DNA of 64,000 bases, from the NCBI GenBank assembly GCA_036257855.1, contig DATAET010000124.1, positions 4,087 to 68,086 on the forward strand, given 5' to 3'. The DNA comes from Gaiellaceae bacterium. Its GTDB lineage: Bacteria; Actinomycetota; Thermoleophilia; Gaiellales; Gaiellaceae. Shown here piece after piece: positions 28,411-38,597 of this stretch. Every line of letters begins with the position of its first letter. Positions within the stretch are counted from its first letter, which is position 1. The notes under the pieces were generated by a model that was not told the origin of the DNA, ran no database searches, and saw only the letters and a list, made by a program, of their open reading frames with translations. Position numbers and translations under genes: made by a program.

Positions 28411-28868
28411 GCTGCTGCACCCGCTGCGCGGATCGACTCGACGATCCCCTGGTACCCGGTGCAGCGACAGAGGTTGCCGCGGAGCGCATGGCGAATCTGC
28501 TCGTCGCTCGGCGAGGCGTCCCGCGAGAGCAGGTCCGCGGCGGTGAGGATGACGCCGGGCGTGCAGAAGCCGCACTGCAGCCCGTGGTGCTCGACGAAAG
28601 CGCGCTGGATCCGATGCATCTCGCCGTCGGTTGCGAGCCCTTCGATGGTCGTGACCTCTCGGCCGTCCGTTTGCAGCGCGAGCACGGTGCAGCTCTTCAC
28701 GGCCCGGCCGTCGAGCAGGACCGTGCAGGTCCCGCACTGGCTCGTGTCGCACCCGATGTGCGTCCCCGTCAGGCCGAACCCGTCGCGCAGCGCATGGACG
28801 AGGAGCGTTCGTCCCTCGACCTCGAGCGAACGACGGTCGGCGTTGACGACGAGCGTGAGCTCAGGCAC
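28407..28868 (-). CDS. (2Fe-2S)-binding small subunit of molybdenum hydroxylase (CoxS-like)
   Basis: The two cluster motifs are GCDTSQCGTCTVLLDG and CGFCTPG...CRCTGY. Confidence 0.85.
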   Translation of the reverse strand: MPELTLVVNADRRSLEVEGRTLLVHALRDGFGLTGTHIGCDTSQCGTCTVLLDGRAVKSCTVLALQTDGREVTTIEGLATDGEMHRIQRAFVEHHGLQCGFCTPGVILTAADLLSRDASPSDEQIRHALRGNLCRCTGYQGIVESIRAAGAAA

Positions 28869-30354
28869 CGGCGGGCAGCGCGGCGAGCTTGTCCCGCAGG
28901 TACGCGAGGTACGGCTGCGGGTCGATCGTCGGCGACCCGGTCAGTCGCTCGATCGTCTCCTTCGGAGTGAATTTCCGGCCGAGTGAGTAGAGATTGTCGC
29001 GGAGCCAGGCGGCGAGCTCGCCCAGCTCGCCCGCCTCCAGCTGCGCGTCGAGGTCGGGAATCGCCTCGCTGACTGCCGCCCAGATCTGGAGCGAGATGAC
29101 GTTGCCGAGTGCGTAGGTCGGGAAGTAGCCGATGCCTCCCTGCGACCAGTGGATGTCCTGGAGGACGCCGTGCGCGTCGTCCGGGACGTCGATCCCCAGC
29201 AGGTCGGCCATGCCGGCTGCCCATGCTTCCGGCAGGTCCCTCGGGTCCAGCGATCCCTCGATCAGCCGCTGCTCGAGCTCGAAGCGGAGGATGATGTGCA
29301 GGCTGTACGTCGTCTCGTCGGCCTCGACGCGGATCAGCCCGGGCTCGGCCCGGTTGACGGCAGTGAGGAAGGTGTCGAGGTCGACGTCCCCGAGCTGGTC
29401 GGGGAACGTCTCCTGCAAGGGCTCGTACCAGTGGAGCCAGAACGGCCGGCTGCGCCCGACGAGGTTCTCCCACGTCCGGCTCTGGGACTCGTTGAGGCCG
29501 AGCGAGGGCGCGCCGGCGAGCGGCGTCCGTTCGAGCGACTCGGCGATGCCGTTGGCGTACTGCCCGTGACCTGACTCGTGCAGTGTGGACCAGAGCCCGT
29601 CGAGGCCGCTCTCGTAGCGCGTCGTCATGCGCACGTCTCGCCGCGAGAAGGACGTGCAGAAGGGGTGGACCGTCGGGTCGAGGCGGTATGAGCCCTCCTC
29701 GAAGCCCACCGTCGCAAGGATCCGTTCGAAGAACCTCTTCTGCTCGTCGACCGGGTAGGGCACGTGGAGGAAGGACGCGTCCACACGCGGCGCCTCGCGG
29801 ACGAGCTCCGCGAGCACCGGTCGGATCGTCCCGAACACCGCTGCGACCTCCTGCGTCTCCATGAACGGCTCGAAGTCGTCGAGGAGGGGCGTGTACGGCG
29901 AGTCCGTCCACTCGAAGCATTCGACGTAGCGCCGCTTGAGGTCGAGATTGCGCTCGAGTGCCGGCAGGAACCTGGCGAAGTTGCTCGTCGCCCGGGCCTC
30001 GATCCACACCTGGTTCCCGAGCGCGGCCGCGCGGATCATCTCCGTGCGGAGCTCGGTCGGCACGCGCCGTTCCTTCTCCCAGTCCCGGCGCGTCACGCGG
30101 ATGAGGCTCGCGTCGTCGGAGTCGTACTCGAGGGACTCCTCGAGTGGTCGCAGGAGCTCGAGCAGCCTTCCGATCTCGTCGTCGACGAACCGTTCGTGGG
30201 CGATCCGGCCGACGGTCGCCATCGCCTCTGCGCGGGCCGGATGGCCGCCGGGCGGCATCGTCACCTTCTGATCCCACGCGAGCACGCCCAGCGTCCGACT
30301 CAGGTCGGAGATCTCGGCGAGGCGCTCCCTGAGCGCGCGAAGGTTCCCGTCCAC
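28861..30354 (-). CDS. M32-family (Taq-type) metallocarboxypeptidase
   Basis: The sequence has the HESGHGQY zinc motif, IRVEADETTYSLHI and DIHWSQGGIGYFPTYALG. I take GTG 30354 (VDGNLRALRERLAEISDL...) as the start, which matches the family length of about 500 aa. It has an 8-nt overlap with the CoxS-like start. Confidence 0.8.
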   Translation of the reverse strand: MDGNLRALRERLAEISDLSRTLGVLAWDQKVTMPPGGHPARAEAMATVGRIAHERFVDDEIGRLLELLRPLEESLEYDSDDASLIRVTRRDWEKERRVPTELRTEMIRAAALGNQVWIEARATSNFARFLPALERNLDLKRRYVECFEWTDSPYTPLLDDFEPFMETQEVAAVFGTIRPVLAELVREAPRVDASFLHVPYPVDEQKRFFERILATVGFEEGSYRLDPTVHPFCTSFSRRDVRMTTRYESGLDGLWSTLHESGHGQYANGIAESLERTPLAGAPSLGLNESQSRTWENLVGRSRPFWLHWYEPLQETFPDQLGDVDLDTFLTAVNRAEPGLIRVEADETTYSLHIILRFELEQRLIEGSLDPRDLPEAWAAGMADLLGIDVPDDAHGVLQDIHWSQGGIGYFPTYALGNVISLQIWAAVSEAIPDLDAQLEAGELGELAAWLRDNLYSLGRKFTPKETIERLTGSPTIDPQPYLAYLRDKLAALPAGA

Positions 30355-30393
30355 CGCAGCGGACTCTACCCACGGCGTTAGGATCGGCGTCCG

Positions 30394-32364
30394 ATGACCG
30401 AGGCTCGTACGGACATCGCCATCGAGACGCTCTTCGACGAGGAGAGGCGCTATCCGCCCGATCCGGAGTTCGCCGCGCAGGCGAACGCCAAGCCGGACAT
30501 CTACGACGTCCCGTTCGAGGAGTTCTGGGAGCGCGAAGGGCGCGAGCGGGTGACCTGGTTCGAGCCTTTCACGTCGCTCCTCGAGTGGGAGCGGCCGTAC
30601 GCGCGCTGGTACGGAGGGGGCAGGATCAACGTCGCGTACAACTGCCTGGACCGCCACGTCGAAGCGGGGCTGGGCGACCGCGTCGCGTTCTACTACGAGG
30701 GCGAGCCCGTCGGCGAGCGCGCCGCGATCACGTACCGCCAGCTGCTCGACGAGGTCGTGCGCGCGGCGAACGGGCTGAAGGCGATCGGCGTCGGTAAGGG
30801 CACGCCCGTCGGCATCTACATGGGGATGGGACCCGGTCTACCCGTCGCGATGCTCGCGTGCGCGCGCCTCGGCGCTCCCCACACCGTCGTGTTCGGCGGC
30901 TTCTCCGCGGAGTCGCTGGCCGGCCGGCTCAACGACATGCGCTGCGAGGTGCTGCTCACGCAGGACGAGAGCTATCGGCGGGGGACGATCGTGCCGCTCA
31001 AGCAAAACGCGGACGAGGCCCTGGCGTCGTGCCCCGGTGTTCGCAAGGTCGTCGTCGGCCAGCGGACGCGTGGCGACGTCCCGATGACCGGGGGACGCGA
31101 CATGACGTGGAACGAGCTCGTCGAGGGCCAGGCGACCGACGCGGAGTCGTGCCCGTGCGAGCCGATGGACTCCGAGGACCTCCTGTACCTGCTGTATACG
31201 AGCGGCACCACCGCCAAGCCGAAGGGCATCGCCCACACGACCGCCGGCTACCTCGTCGGCGTCGCCACGACGCACCACTACATCTTCGACCTGAAGCCCG
31301 AGCGCGACGTCTACTGGTGCGCGGCCGACATCGGCTGGGTCACCGGCCACAGCTACATCGTCTACGGGCCGCTCTGCAACGGGGCGACGAGCGTCCTCTA
31401 CGAGGGGACGCCGGACTTCCCCGACAGGGATCGCTGGTGGGACCTCGTCGAGCGCTACAAGGTGACGATCCTGTATACGGCGCCGACTGCGATCCGGGCG
31501 CACATGAAGTGGGGCCCGGAGCACGCGGCGAAGCACGACCTCTCTTCGCTGCGTCTCCTCGGAACGGTCGGCGAGCCGATCAACCCGGAGGCGTGGATGT
31601 GGTATCGCGAGCACGTCGGGGGCGACCGCGTGCCGATCGTCGACACGTGGTGGCAGACAGAGACGGGAATGATCCTCATCACGCCGCTTCCGGGCGTGAC
31701 CACCACGAAGCCGGGGTCTGCGACGAAGCCGTTCCCCGGCGTCTCCGCCGGCGTCGTGGACGACCACGGCTCGGACGTCGGGCCCGGTGGGGGCGGCTAC
31801 CTCGTGCTGAAGCAACCGTGGCCAGCGATGACACGCGGGATCTTCGGCGACGACGCACGGTTCCGGTCGACGTACTGGGAGCGCTTCCCCGGCGTGTACT
31901 TCGCGGGCGACGGCGCCCGCATCGACGAGGACGGCGACTTCTGGCTCCTCGGCCGCGTGGACGACGTGATGAACGTCTCGGGGCACCGCATCTCGACGAT
32001 CGAGGTCGAGTCTGCGCTCGTCGACCACCCGAGCGTCGCGGAGGCCGCGGTCTGTGGTCGTGCCGACCCGCTCACCGGTCAGGCGATCGTCGCGTTCGTG
32101 ACGTTGAAGGGCGGCGAGGAGGGCTCAGTCGAGCGGCTCGAGGAGCTTCGCAACCACGTCGCCGTCAAGATCGGGCCGATCGCGAAGCCGGCGAACATCC
32201 TCTTCGCCCCCGAGCTTCCGAAGACACGCTCGGGGAAGATCATGCGGCGGCTCCTCCAGGACGTCGCGGAGAACCGTCCACTCGGCGACACGACCACTCT
32301 CGCCGATCCCGCAGTGGTCTCCGAGATCGCGGAGCGGGCGGTTACGCAGCCGACCGAGGAGTGA
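30394..32364 (+). CDS. acs: acetyl-CoA synthetase
   Basis: Full-length 656-aa AcsA. Motifs are YTSGTTAKPKG, WWQTETG, YFAGDGARIDEDGDFWLLGRVDDV and SGKIMRR. Confidence 0.9.
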   Translation: MTEARTDIAIETLFDEERRYPPDPEFAAQANAKPDIYDVPFEEFWEREGRERVTWFEPFTSLLEWERPYARWYGGGRINVAYNCLDRHVEAGLGDRVAFYYEGEPVGERAAITYRQLLDEVVRAANGLKAIGVGKGTPVGIYMGMGPGLPVAMLACARLGAPHTVVFGGFSAESLAGRLNDMRCEVLLTQDESYRRGTIVPLKQNADEALASCPGVRKVVVGQRTRGDVPMTGGRDMTWNELVEGQATDAESCPCEPMDSEDLLYLLYTSGTTAKPKGIAHTTAGYLVGVATTHHYIFDLKPERDVYWCAADIGWVTGHSYIVYGPLCNGATSVLYEGTPDFPDRDRWWDLVERYKVTILYTAPTAIRAHMKWGPEHAAKHDLSSLRLLGTVGEPINPEAWMWYREHVGGDRVPIVDTWWQTETGMILITPLPGVTTTKPGSATKPFPGVSAGVVDDHGSDVGPGGGGYLVLKQPWPAMTRGIFGDDARFRSTYWERFPGVYFAGDGARIDEDGDFWLLGRVDDVMNVSGHRISTIEVESALVDHPSVAEAAVCGRADPLTGQAIVAFVTLKGGEEGSVERLEELRNHVAVKIGPIAKPANILFAPELPKTRSGKIMRRLLQDVAENRPLGDTTTLADPAVVSEIAERAVTQPTEE

Positions 32365-32366
32365 GC

Positions 32367-33743
32367 TCAGACAGAGACGAGCGCCGACTCGAACGCCGCG
32401 ACCGTGCGGTCGATGTCGGACTCCATCGTCCGCCAGCCGGACACCGAGACGCGAATCGCCGCGCGCCCGTCCCACAGCGTCCCGCCCATCCACGCCTCGC
32501 CGCTCTTCTGCACGCGGGTGAGCACGGCGTTCGTGGCCTCGTCGCTCTCGAAGCGGAAGAGCACCTGGTTGACGACCACGTCGTTCAGGAGCTCGCAGCC
32601 GGGGAGAGCCGCGATTCCTTCGGCGAAGCGCCCCGCCAGGTCGCAACAGCGGTCGACGAGCTCGGCGATGCCACGACGCCCGAGCGACCGTAGCGCCGCG
32701 TACACCGTGAATGCCCGCGCGCGCCGAGACGACTCGGGCGTCCAGTCCGCGGCGTCCCGTACCCATTTCCCCTGCCCCTCGAAGTACGAGGCCTGCATGG
32801 TCATCGACGCCCGGTGCGCCGCCGGATTCGCACAGAACACGAGCCCGCAGTCGTACGGCACGTTGAGCCACTTGTGCCCGTCGGTCGCCCACGAGTCGGC
32901 GCCGTCGATCCCGGACACGAGATGACGTCGCTCAGGGCTCGCCGCCGCCCACAGCCCGAAGGCACCGTCCACGTGCAGCCAGGCGTCCGTCTCCCTCACG
33001 ATCTCGACGATCTCCGGGAGCGGGTCGTACGAGCCCGTGTTGACCTCTCCCGCCTGCGCGCACACGATCGCGGGGCCGTCGACGCCGGCGAGCGCTCTCC
33101 GCAGCGCGTCGGGCCGCATTCGCCCGTTCTCGTCGGCCGCGGCGACGACGAGCTGCCCGCCGCCGACGCCGAGGAGGCGCAGCGCGCGGTCGACGGTCAC
33201 GTGGCGGAGCACGCCCACCACGACGGTGATCGGCGGGGAGCCAGCAAGCCCGCGCTCGCGGACGTCCCAGCCTCGTTTCGCGAGGACCTCGTGCCGTGCG
33301 GCCGCGAGCCCCGTCACATGTGCCATCTGGCAACCCGTCGTGATCGCGAAGGAGGCGTCGGTCGGAAGGCCGAAGAGCTCCTTGAGCCAGTCGCCGACGA
33401 TCACCTCGACGACCGACGCTGACGGACCGAGTGCCCCCAGCCCCGCGCACTGGTCCCAGATCGTGGTGAGCCAGTCGGCGGCCACCGTGGCCGGCAACGC
33501 ACCGCCGATCACGTAGCCGAAGTACCGCGACCCGGCGGTCGCGACCACGCCGCGGTCGATCTCACGGGCCATCAGCTCGACGACCTCGAGCGGGTCGGAC
33601 GAGTCCTCCGGAAGCGGCCCGCCGAGCGCGTCCGCGATGTCCTCGACGGCCTCGCGTGGGAACACCGGGCGCTCGTCGAGCGTGTCGAGGAAGTCCCCCG
33701 CCAGCTCGGCGGTTCGCCGCAGGAGCGCACGCTCGTCGACCAC
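32367..33743 (-). CDS. PLP-dependent group II amino-acid decarboxylase-like enzyme
   Basis: The lysine-site motif DGHKWLNVPYDCG and the length (458 aa) are typical of the pyridoxal-dependent decarboxylase family. Confidence 0.7.
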   Translation of the reverse strand: MVDERALLRRTAELAGDFLDTLDERPVFPREAVEDIADALGGPLPEDSSDPLEVVELMAREIDRGVVATAGSRYFGYVIGGALPATVAADWLTTIWDQCAGLGALGPSASVVEVIVGDWLKELFGLPTDASFAITTGCQMAHVTGLAAARHEVLAKRGWDVRERGLAGSPPITVVVGVLRHVTVDRALRLLGVGGGQLVVAAADENGRMRPDALRRALAGVDGPAIVCAQAGEVNTGSYDPLPEIVEIVRETDAWLHVDGAFGLWAAASPERRHLVSGIDGADSWATDGHKWLNVPYDCGLVFCANPAAHRASMTMQASYFEGQGKWVRDAADWTPESSRRARAFTVYAALRSLGRRGIAELVDRCCDLAGRFAEGIAALPGCELLNDVVVNQVLFRFESDEATNAVLTRVQKSGEAWMGGTLWDGRAAIRVSVSGWRTMESDIDRTVAAFESALVSV

Positions 33744-33902
33744 CGCCGGAGTCTAGAGGCTTGACTCTGCCGTAACGGAAGACCGTACGCTCGGCGGATA
33801 CCAGGCCGGTCCCGAGGAGCTTCCGCCCGAGACGTGGTTCACGGAGATCCAGTTTCCCATCGTGCGCGACGAGGCGAGGATCGCAGCGCTGATGGGTAGC
33901 GG

Positions 33903-35171
33903 TCAGGCCGCGAGGAGCCGCTCGAACCGCGTCGGGTCGTCGAACGGGCCGACGAGCGCGAGGTAGAGCCGCTTGTCCTCGAACAGGTCCTTGGCGACGC
34001 GCTGGACGTCCTCCGCCGTCACCTCGTCCAGGTGTTGCAGGAGGTCGTCGGGATCCTCGATCTCGCCTTCCAGGACCTCGCGGCGCAGCCCGTACTGGAT
34101 CGTCCCCTGCGGGCTCTCCAACCGCAGCACGAAGCGTCCCTTCGCGTAGCCGCGGGCCTTCTCGAGCTCCTTGGCCGGAACCGGCTCCGCCGCGATCTTC
34201 CGCATCTCGGCGAGGATCGTGCTGATCGCCTCGTCGACGCGTCCCACGTCCACCCCTGCGCTGGAGTAGACCGTGCCGGTGTCGGTGTACGCCGTCGAGC
34301 CCGCATTCACGTAGTACCCGAGGCCGCGTCGCTCCCGCACCTCCGTGAAGAGGCGTGACGACATTCCTCCTCCCAGCACGACGGCGAGGAGCTGGAGCGC
34401 ATACCGGTTCGGATGGCCGATCGGGTACCCGCGCACGCCGAGGATGAGATGCGCCTGCTCCGAGTCCTTCGTATGCAGAAGGACGGGAGACCCGTCCGGG
34501 GGAAGCTCGACCTCCTGGACGTGGCCGGTCGGCCGCGGCTCGATGCCACCGAGCAGCTCCTCGAGGCGCTCGTGGAGGTTCTCACCGATGCGACCGGCGA
34601 TGCCGACGACCACGCGCTCCGGCCGGTACCACGTGTCGAGGTACGACATGAACGTCGCGCGGCCGGCGTCCTCGATCGTCTCGCGGGTTCCGAGGATGTC
34701 CCAGCCGAGCGGCTGATCGGCGTAGAGGAGGCGGTCGTACACGTTCCCGACGTACCGCTGCGGCGTGTCGAGATAGACGTTCATCTCCTCGAGGATCACG
34801 CCCTTCTCCTTCTCGATCTCCGCCTCGTCGAAGCGCGACGCGAGGAGCATGTCCGTGAGGACGTCCAGCGCGACGTCGCGCGTCTCCGACCCGCAGCGGA
34901 CGTAGTAGCCCGTGAGCTCCTTCCCCGTGAAGGCGTTGAACTCGCCTCCGATGGCGTCGATCTCGGTCGAGATCGTCCGCGCCGTCGGTCGCCGTTCGGT
35001 CCCCTTGAAGAACATGTGCTCGGCGAAGTGCGCGATGCCCTTGGACTCGGGCGTCTCGTACCTCGAGCCCGCCGCGACCATGACGAAGCACGACACGGAC
35101 CCAACCTGCGGGAAGGGCGCGGTCACGACGCGCACGCCGTTGCCGAGCATCGTCTTCTCGAAGATCGCCAC
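33903..35171 (-). CDS. M16-family (pitrilysin/insulinase-like) zinc peptidase
   Basis: The sequence has an inverted zinc motif HFAEH followed by a downstream E (GIAHFAEHMFFKGTERR). It starts at GTG 35171. Confidence 0.8.
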   Translation of the reverse strand: MAIFEKTMLGNGVRVVTAPFPQVGSVSCFVMVAAGSRYETPESKGIAHFAEHMFFKGTERRPTARTISTEIDAIGGEFNAFTGKELTGYYVRCGSETRDVALDVLTDMLLASRFDEAEIEKEKGVILEEMNVYLDTPQRYVGNVYDRLLYADQPLGWDILGTRETIEDAGRATFMSYLDTWYRPERVVVGIAGRIGENLHERLEELLGGIEPRPTGHVQEVELPPDGSPVLLHTKDSEQAHLILGVRGYPIGHPNRYALQLLAVVLGGGMSSRLFTEVRERRGLGYYVNAGSTAYTDTGTVYSSAGVDVGRVDEAISTILAEMRKIAAEPVPAKELEKARGYAKGRFVLRLESPQGTIQYGLRREVLEGEIEDPDDLLQHLDEVTAEDVQRVAKDLFEDKRLYLALVGPFDDPTRFERLLAA

Positions 35172-35198
35172 CGCGCGATGGTATAGACACGCTGAGCC

Positions 35199-36074
35199 GT
35201 GCCCGGACAGTTGACGCGAAAGGCGATCGCAGCGCAGCCCGAGTGGCTCCGCCAGGTCCCCGACCGGGTCGGCGACCTGCGTCTACCCGCCGGCGCACGG
35301 ACGCTCTTCACCGGCTGTGGCACGTCGTTCCACGCGGCGCTCGCGTGTGGGCGCGCGGTGCAGGCCCTCGACGTTCTGCTCGGCGACGCGCCCGGCGCCG
35401 ACGCGCTCGTCGCGATCTCGCACGAGGGAGGGACGAGGCTCACCCTCGAGGCCGTTCGCGCCTTTGCCGGCGAGACGTGGCTCGTCACGGGCACCGCGGA
35501 GAGCGCGATCGCGAAGGAGGTCGATCACGTCGTCGTCGCGACGCCCGCTGTCGAGGAGAGCTACTGCCACACGGTGAGCTACACCTGCGCCATCGCCGCG
35601 GGGCGCGCGCTCCAGGGCGAGGACGTGTCCGGTCTCGCTGCAGACGTCTTCCGTGAGCTCGATGCGGAGCCGCTGGGGGTGTCGGACCACGATCGCTTCG
35701 TCGTCGCGGGCGCCGGACGCGACACCGCGACTGCGCTCGAGGCCGTCCTCAAGCTCCGCGAGGGCGTGCACGTCGCCGCGGAGGCACACCACACGGAGCA
35801 GCTCCTCCACGGCCACCTCGCGGCGATCGACCCGACGGCGCGCTGCTTCGTCCTCGAGGGAGAGGGTCGTGCCGCCGAGCGAGCTGTCGACGCCATGCGC
35901 GCATTCGGCGAGCTCGGGTGCGACGCCCTCCTCGTGCCGACGACGCATCCGGTCGTCGACATCGTCCGCTTCCAGCGGCTCACGTGCGACCTCGCCGAGG
36001 CCCGTGGCGTCGACCCGGACATGATCCGCTGGAACGAGGCGCCATGGGACAGAGCTCGTCAGATGCACGGCTGA
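35199..36074 (+). CDS. SIS-domain (sugar isomerase/deglycase-like) protein
   Basis: There are two SIS-like halves (FTGCGTSFHAAL..., VAISHEGGT, FVVAGAGRDTATALEAVLKLRE). Confidence 0.6.
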   Translation: MPGQLTRKAIAAQPEWLRQVPDRVGDLRLPAGARTLFTGCGTSFHAALACGRAVQALDVLLGDAPGADALVAISHEGGTRLTLEAVRAFAGETWLVTGTAESAIAKEVDHVVVATPAVEESYCHTVSYTCAIAAGRALQGEDVSGLAADVFRELDAEPLGVSDHDRFVVAGAGRDTATALEAVLKLREGVHVAAEAHHTEQLLHGHLAAIDPTARCFVLEGEGRAAERAVDAMRAFGELGCDALLVPTTHPVVDIVRFQRLTCDLAEARGVDPDMIRWNEAPWDRARQMHG

Positions 36075-36164
36075 CCATCGCGGCCGCGGAGCGGCCGCCT
36101 TCAGAGATTTGCCGCGCGACGGAATCCGCGTTCGCAGATTCCCGTCTTGCGCGGAAACAGGACT

Positions 36165-36485
36165 TCACTTCCGATCGCTGAGGCGGTAGACGAAGCGCAG
36201 CGCCTGCCAGCGCTCGTCGATCGAGCACGACTTGTTGTCGACGAGCCCGTGCGCAAGCCCGATCTCCTGCACGGCCTCGAACGTGAGGTCGCCCTCGATT
36301 TTCGCCGCCTTCTTGGGCCATGCGATCCAGAGCCCATCCGCCGGGTCGAGCGTCGCCTTTAGCGCGTCGAGCCGTCGCTCGAGCTCGTCCCTCGAGGTGG
36401 TGAAGAAGACCACGACCCCGGTGCCCGGCTTCGCTCCGAGCTTCTGCGAGAGGGGCGTACCGGAGTAGTCCCTATCCGCGGGCAT
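36165..36485 (-). CDS. DUF3052-like small protein
   Basis: ATG 36485 (MPADRDYSGTPLSQKLGAKPGTGVVVF...LWIAWPKKAAK) matches my recollection of DUF3052. It has a 14-nt overlap with the upstream gene. Confidence 0.55.
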   Translation of the reverse strand: MPADRDYSGTPLSQKLGAKPGTGVVVFFTTSRDELERRLDALKATLDPADGLWIAWPKKAAKIEGDLTFEAVQEIGLAHGLVDNKSCSIDERWQALRFVYRLSDRK

Positions 36486-37437
36486 GCCACTCCGCGAGGA
36501 GCGTGGCCTCGCGCTCGGGGGCGAGGCCGGCCGTGTCGGTCGTCTCCGCCTGCTCCAGCGCTCCGCGCACGGCGTCCTCCAGCGGTCTGAGCTCGAGGCC
36601 CGCGGCACGAGCACGGCTCACGTCGACCCGGTCCGCGTAGGCGAGCTTCGGGTCTCTGATCCAGAGCGGGAGCTCCATCCACTCACCGACCTCCCGCTCC
36701 GCGAGGAACTCGGGTGCCACCCACGTCACTGTGGCGTCCGAGCGGGCCACAGAGCGACAGGCGTCGAGCAGCTCCCGCCAGGTGAAGCCCGGATGGGTCG
36801 CGTTGTACACGCCTGTCACCTCTGCCTCGCAGGCCGAGACGATCCACGCTCCGAGGTCGCGCACGTCGATCGACTGCAGCTGCTTCTCGGGCGGCGCGGG
36901 AGCGAGGACCTCACCTCCGCGGGCGACGCGGTGCGGCCAGTACGTGAAGCGTCCGGTCGGATCGTGCGGACCGGTGATCAATCCCGGGCGAACCACGATC
37001 GAACGATTGCCGAATGCGGCCGTCACAGCTCGCTCGCAGAGCGCCTTCAGCGCGCCGTAGCTCTCGTCTGTCACCTCGTCGTCGGGCAGGTCGCCCAGCT
37101 CGGCCAGGTCGCTCGACTCGTCCACCGGCACGCCGAAGTCGGCGTACACGGAAATGCTCGAGACGAAGCAGTAGAGCCCGGAGCTCGACAGCGCCTCGAG
37201 CGAGGCGGCGACGACGTGCGGGACGTACCCGCACGTGTCGATCACCGCATCCCAGCTCCGACCTCGGAGCGCCACGAGCTCTCCGGCCCTGTCGCCGACC
37301 AGCCGCGCCACCTCCGGGTAGAGGTGGGGGTTGCTGCGGCCCCGGTTGAACAGGGTGAGCTCGTGACCGCGTGTGAGCGCCGCGTCCACGAGCGCAGGTC
37401 CCAGGAATCTCGTCCCTCCGAGGACGAGAATCCTCAC
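36472..37437 (-). CDS. NAD-dependent epimerase/dehydratase (extended SDR) family protein
   Basis: GTG 37437 (VRILVLGGTRFLGPALV) gives the Rossmann GxxGxxG motif. GTGA overlaps the upstream stop. Confidence 0.75.
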   Translation of the reverse strand: MRILVLGGTRFLGPALVDAALTRGHELTLFNRGRSNPHLYPEVARLVGDRAGELVALRGRSWDAVIDTCGYVPHVVAASLEALSSSGLYCFVSSISVYADFGVPVDESSDLAELGDLPDDEVTDESYGALKALCERAVTAAFGNRSIVVRPGLITGPHDPTGRFTYWPHRVARGGEVLAPAPPEKQLQSIDVRDLGAWIVSACEAEVTGVYNATHPGFTWRELLDACRSVARSDATVTWVAPEFLAEREVGEWMELPLWIRDPKLAYADRVDVSRARAAGLELRPLEDAVRGALEQAETTDTAGLAPEREATLLAEWHARG

Positions 37438-38597
37438 GCGAGCTCGGCGAGCCCTGCGAGGAGCCGGTCGACCTCGTCTTCCGTGTTGTAGTGGACGATC
37501 CCGGCGCGCACGGCGCCGTCGTCGAGGCCCAGGTGCCTCATCGTCTCGACGGCGTAGTAGTCGCCGTGCCAGACCGCCACCTCGCGCTCGGCGAGGAAGG
37601 TCGCGACCTGCTCGGGGCTGCGACCTACGAAGTTGAAGCAGAAGGTCGGCACGCGGCCCTCCATGTCGCGGATCCCGTAGAGCTCGACACTTTCGGGAAG
37701 GCCGGCGAGGAAACGCTCTCCGAGGGCGCGCTCGTGCGCGAGGATCGCCTCCCAGCCGAGCGAGCCCACGTAGTCCACTGCCGCGACGAACCCCGCAAGC
37801 AGCTCGTGCTGGCTCGTGCCGAGCTCGAAGCGATGCCCGACCGGCTCGTTCGCCGCCGGTCGGACCTTGAACGGGCGCCACGACTCGAGAAGGTCACGCT
37901 TGCCGAACGCCAGGCCCATGTGCGGGCCGAAGTACTTGTACGGCGAGCAGATCAGCACGTCCACGTCCCAGGCGCCGACGTCGATCGGCCCATGGGGTGC
38001 GTAGTGAACGGCGTCGGCCCAGGCGAGTGCGCCCACCGCGTGCGCGAGCTCGACGACGCGCCGGACGTCCGGTGCGGTGCCGACGGAGTTCGCGGCCACG
38101 GGAAACGCGACGACACGCGTACGCTCGGAGAGGTTCGCCTCGAGGTCGGCGTAGTCGAGCTCGAGGTCGGAGGTCACACCGGCGACGCGAACGACGATGC
38201 CGAGGTCGTGCGCGAGCTCCAGCCACGGCGCGACGTTCGCGTCGTGGTCCAGCTTCGTCACGACGACCTCGTCGCCCGTGCGCAGGGTTCGGGCGAAGGC
38301 GCGCGTGAGCAGGAAGTTGAGCGCGGTCATGCTCTGCCCGAAGGCCGTCTCGCCTGCGTCGCAGCCGAGGAAGTCGCCTGCCCGCCGATGCGCGAGCGCG
38401 ACGAGGTCGTCGGTACGGCGGCTCGTCTCGTACGGCGCACCGATGTTCGCGTTCGACTCGCGAAGGTAGTTCGAGATCGCGGCGATCACCTCGTCGGGGC
38501 ACTGCGTGCCCCCCGGGCCGTCGAAGAACGCAAGGCGCCGAGCGAGCGCCGAGAAGCGCGCGCGGACGGCGTCGACGTCGAGGAGAGTGGTGCTCAC
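37434..38597 (-). CDS. class V aminotransferase, cysteine desulfurase-like protein
   Basis: GTG 38597 is preceded by GGAGG (GGAGGTCACGTG). The PLP-lysine region is ICSPYKYFGPHMG, and the family resemblance is to the cysteine desulfurase-like group. Confidence 0.7.
   Translation of the reverse strand: MSTTLLDVDAVRARFSALARRLAFFDGPGGTQCPDEVIAAISNYLRESNANIGAPYETSRRTDDLVALAHRRAGDFLGCDAGETAFGQSMTALNFLLTRAFARTLRTGDEVVVTKLDHDANVAPWLELAHDLGIVVRVAGVTSDLELDYADLEANLSERTRVVAFPVAANSVGTAPDVRRVVELAHAVGALAWADAVHYAPHGPIDVGAWDVDVLICSPYKYFGPHMGLAFGKRDLLESWRPFKVRPAANEPVGHRFELGTSQHELLAGFVAAVDYVGSLGWEAILAHERALGERFLAGLPESVELYGIRDMEGRVPTFCFNFVGRSPEQVATFLAEREVAVWHGDYYAVETMRHLGLDDGAVRAGIVHYNTEDEVDRLLAGLAELA

Noticed and set aside
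33757-33902. Open frame ...YQAGPEELPPETWFTEIQFPIVRDEARIAAL in the 159-bp spacer, resembling the C-terminal end of GyrI-like/AraC effector-binding domains (possible gene remnant).
   Set aside because: There is no start codon. Only about 30 residues resemble the family, and I am recalling that family loosely. I cannot distinguish this from chance without a search.
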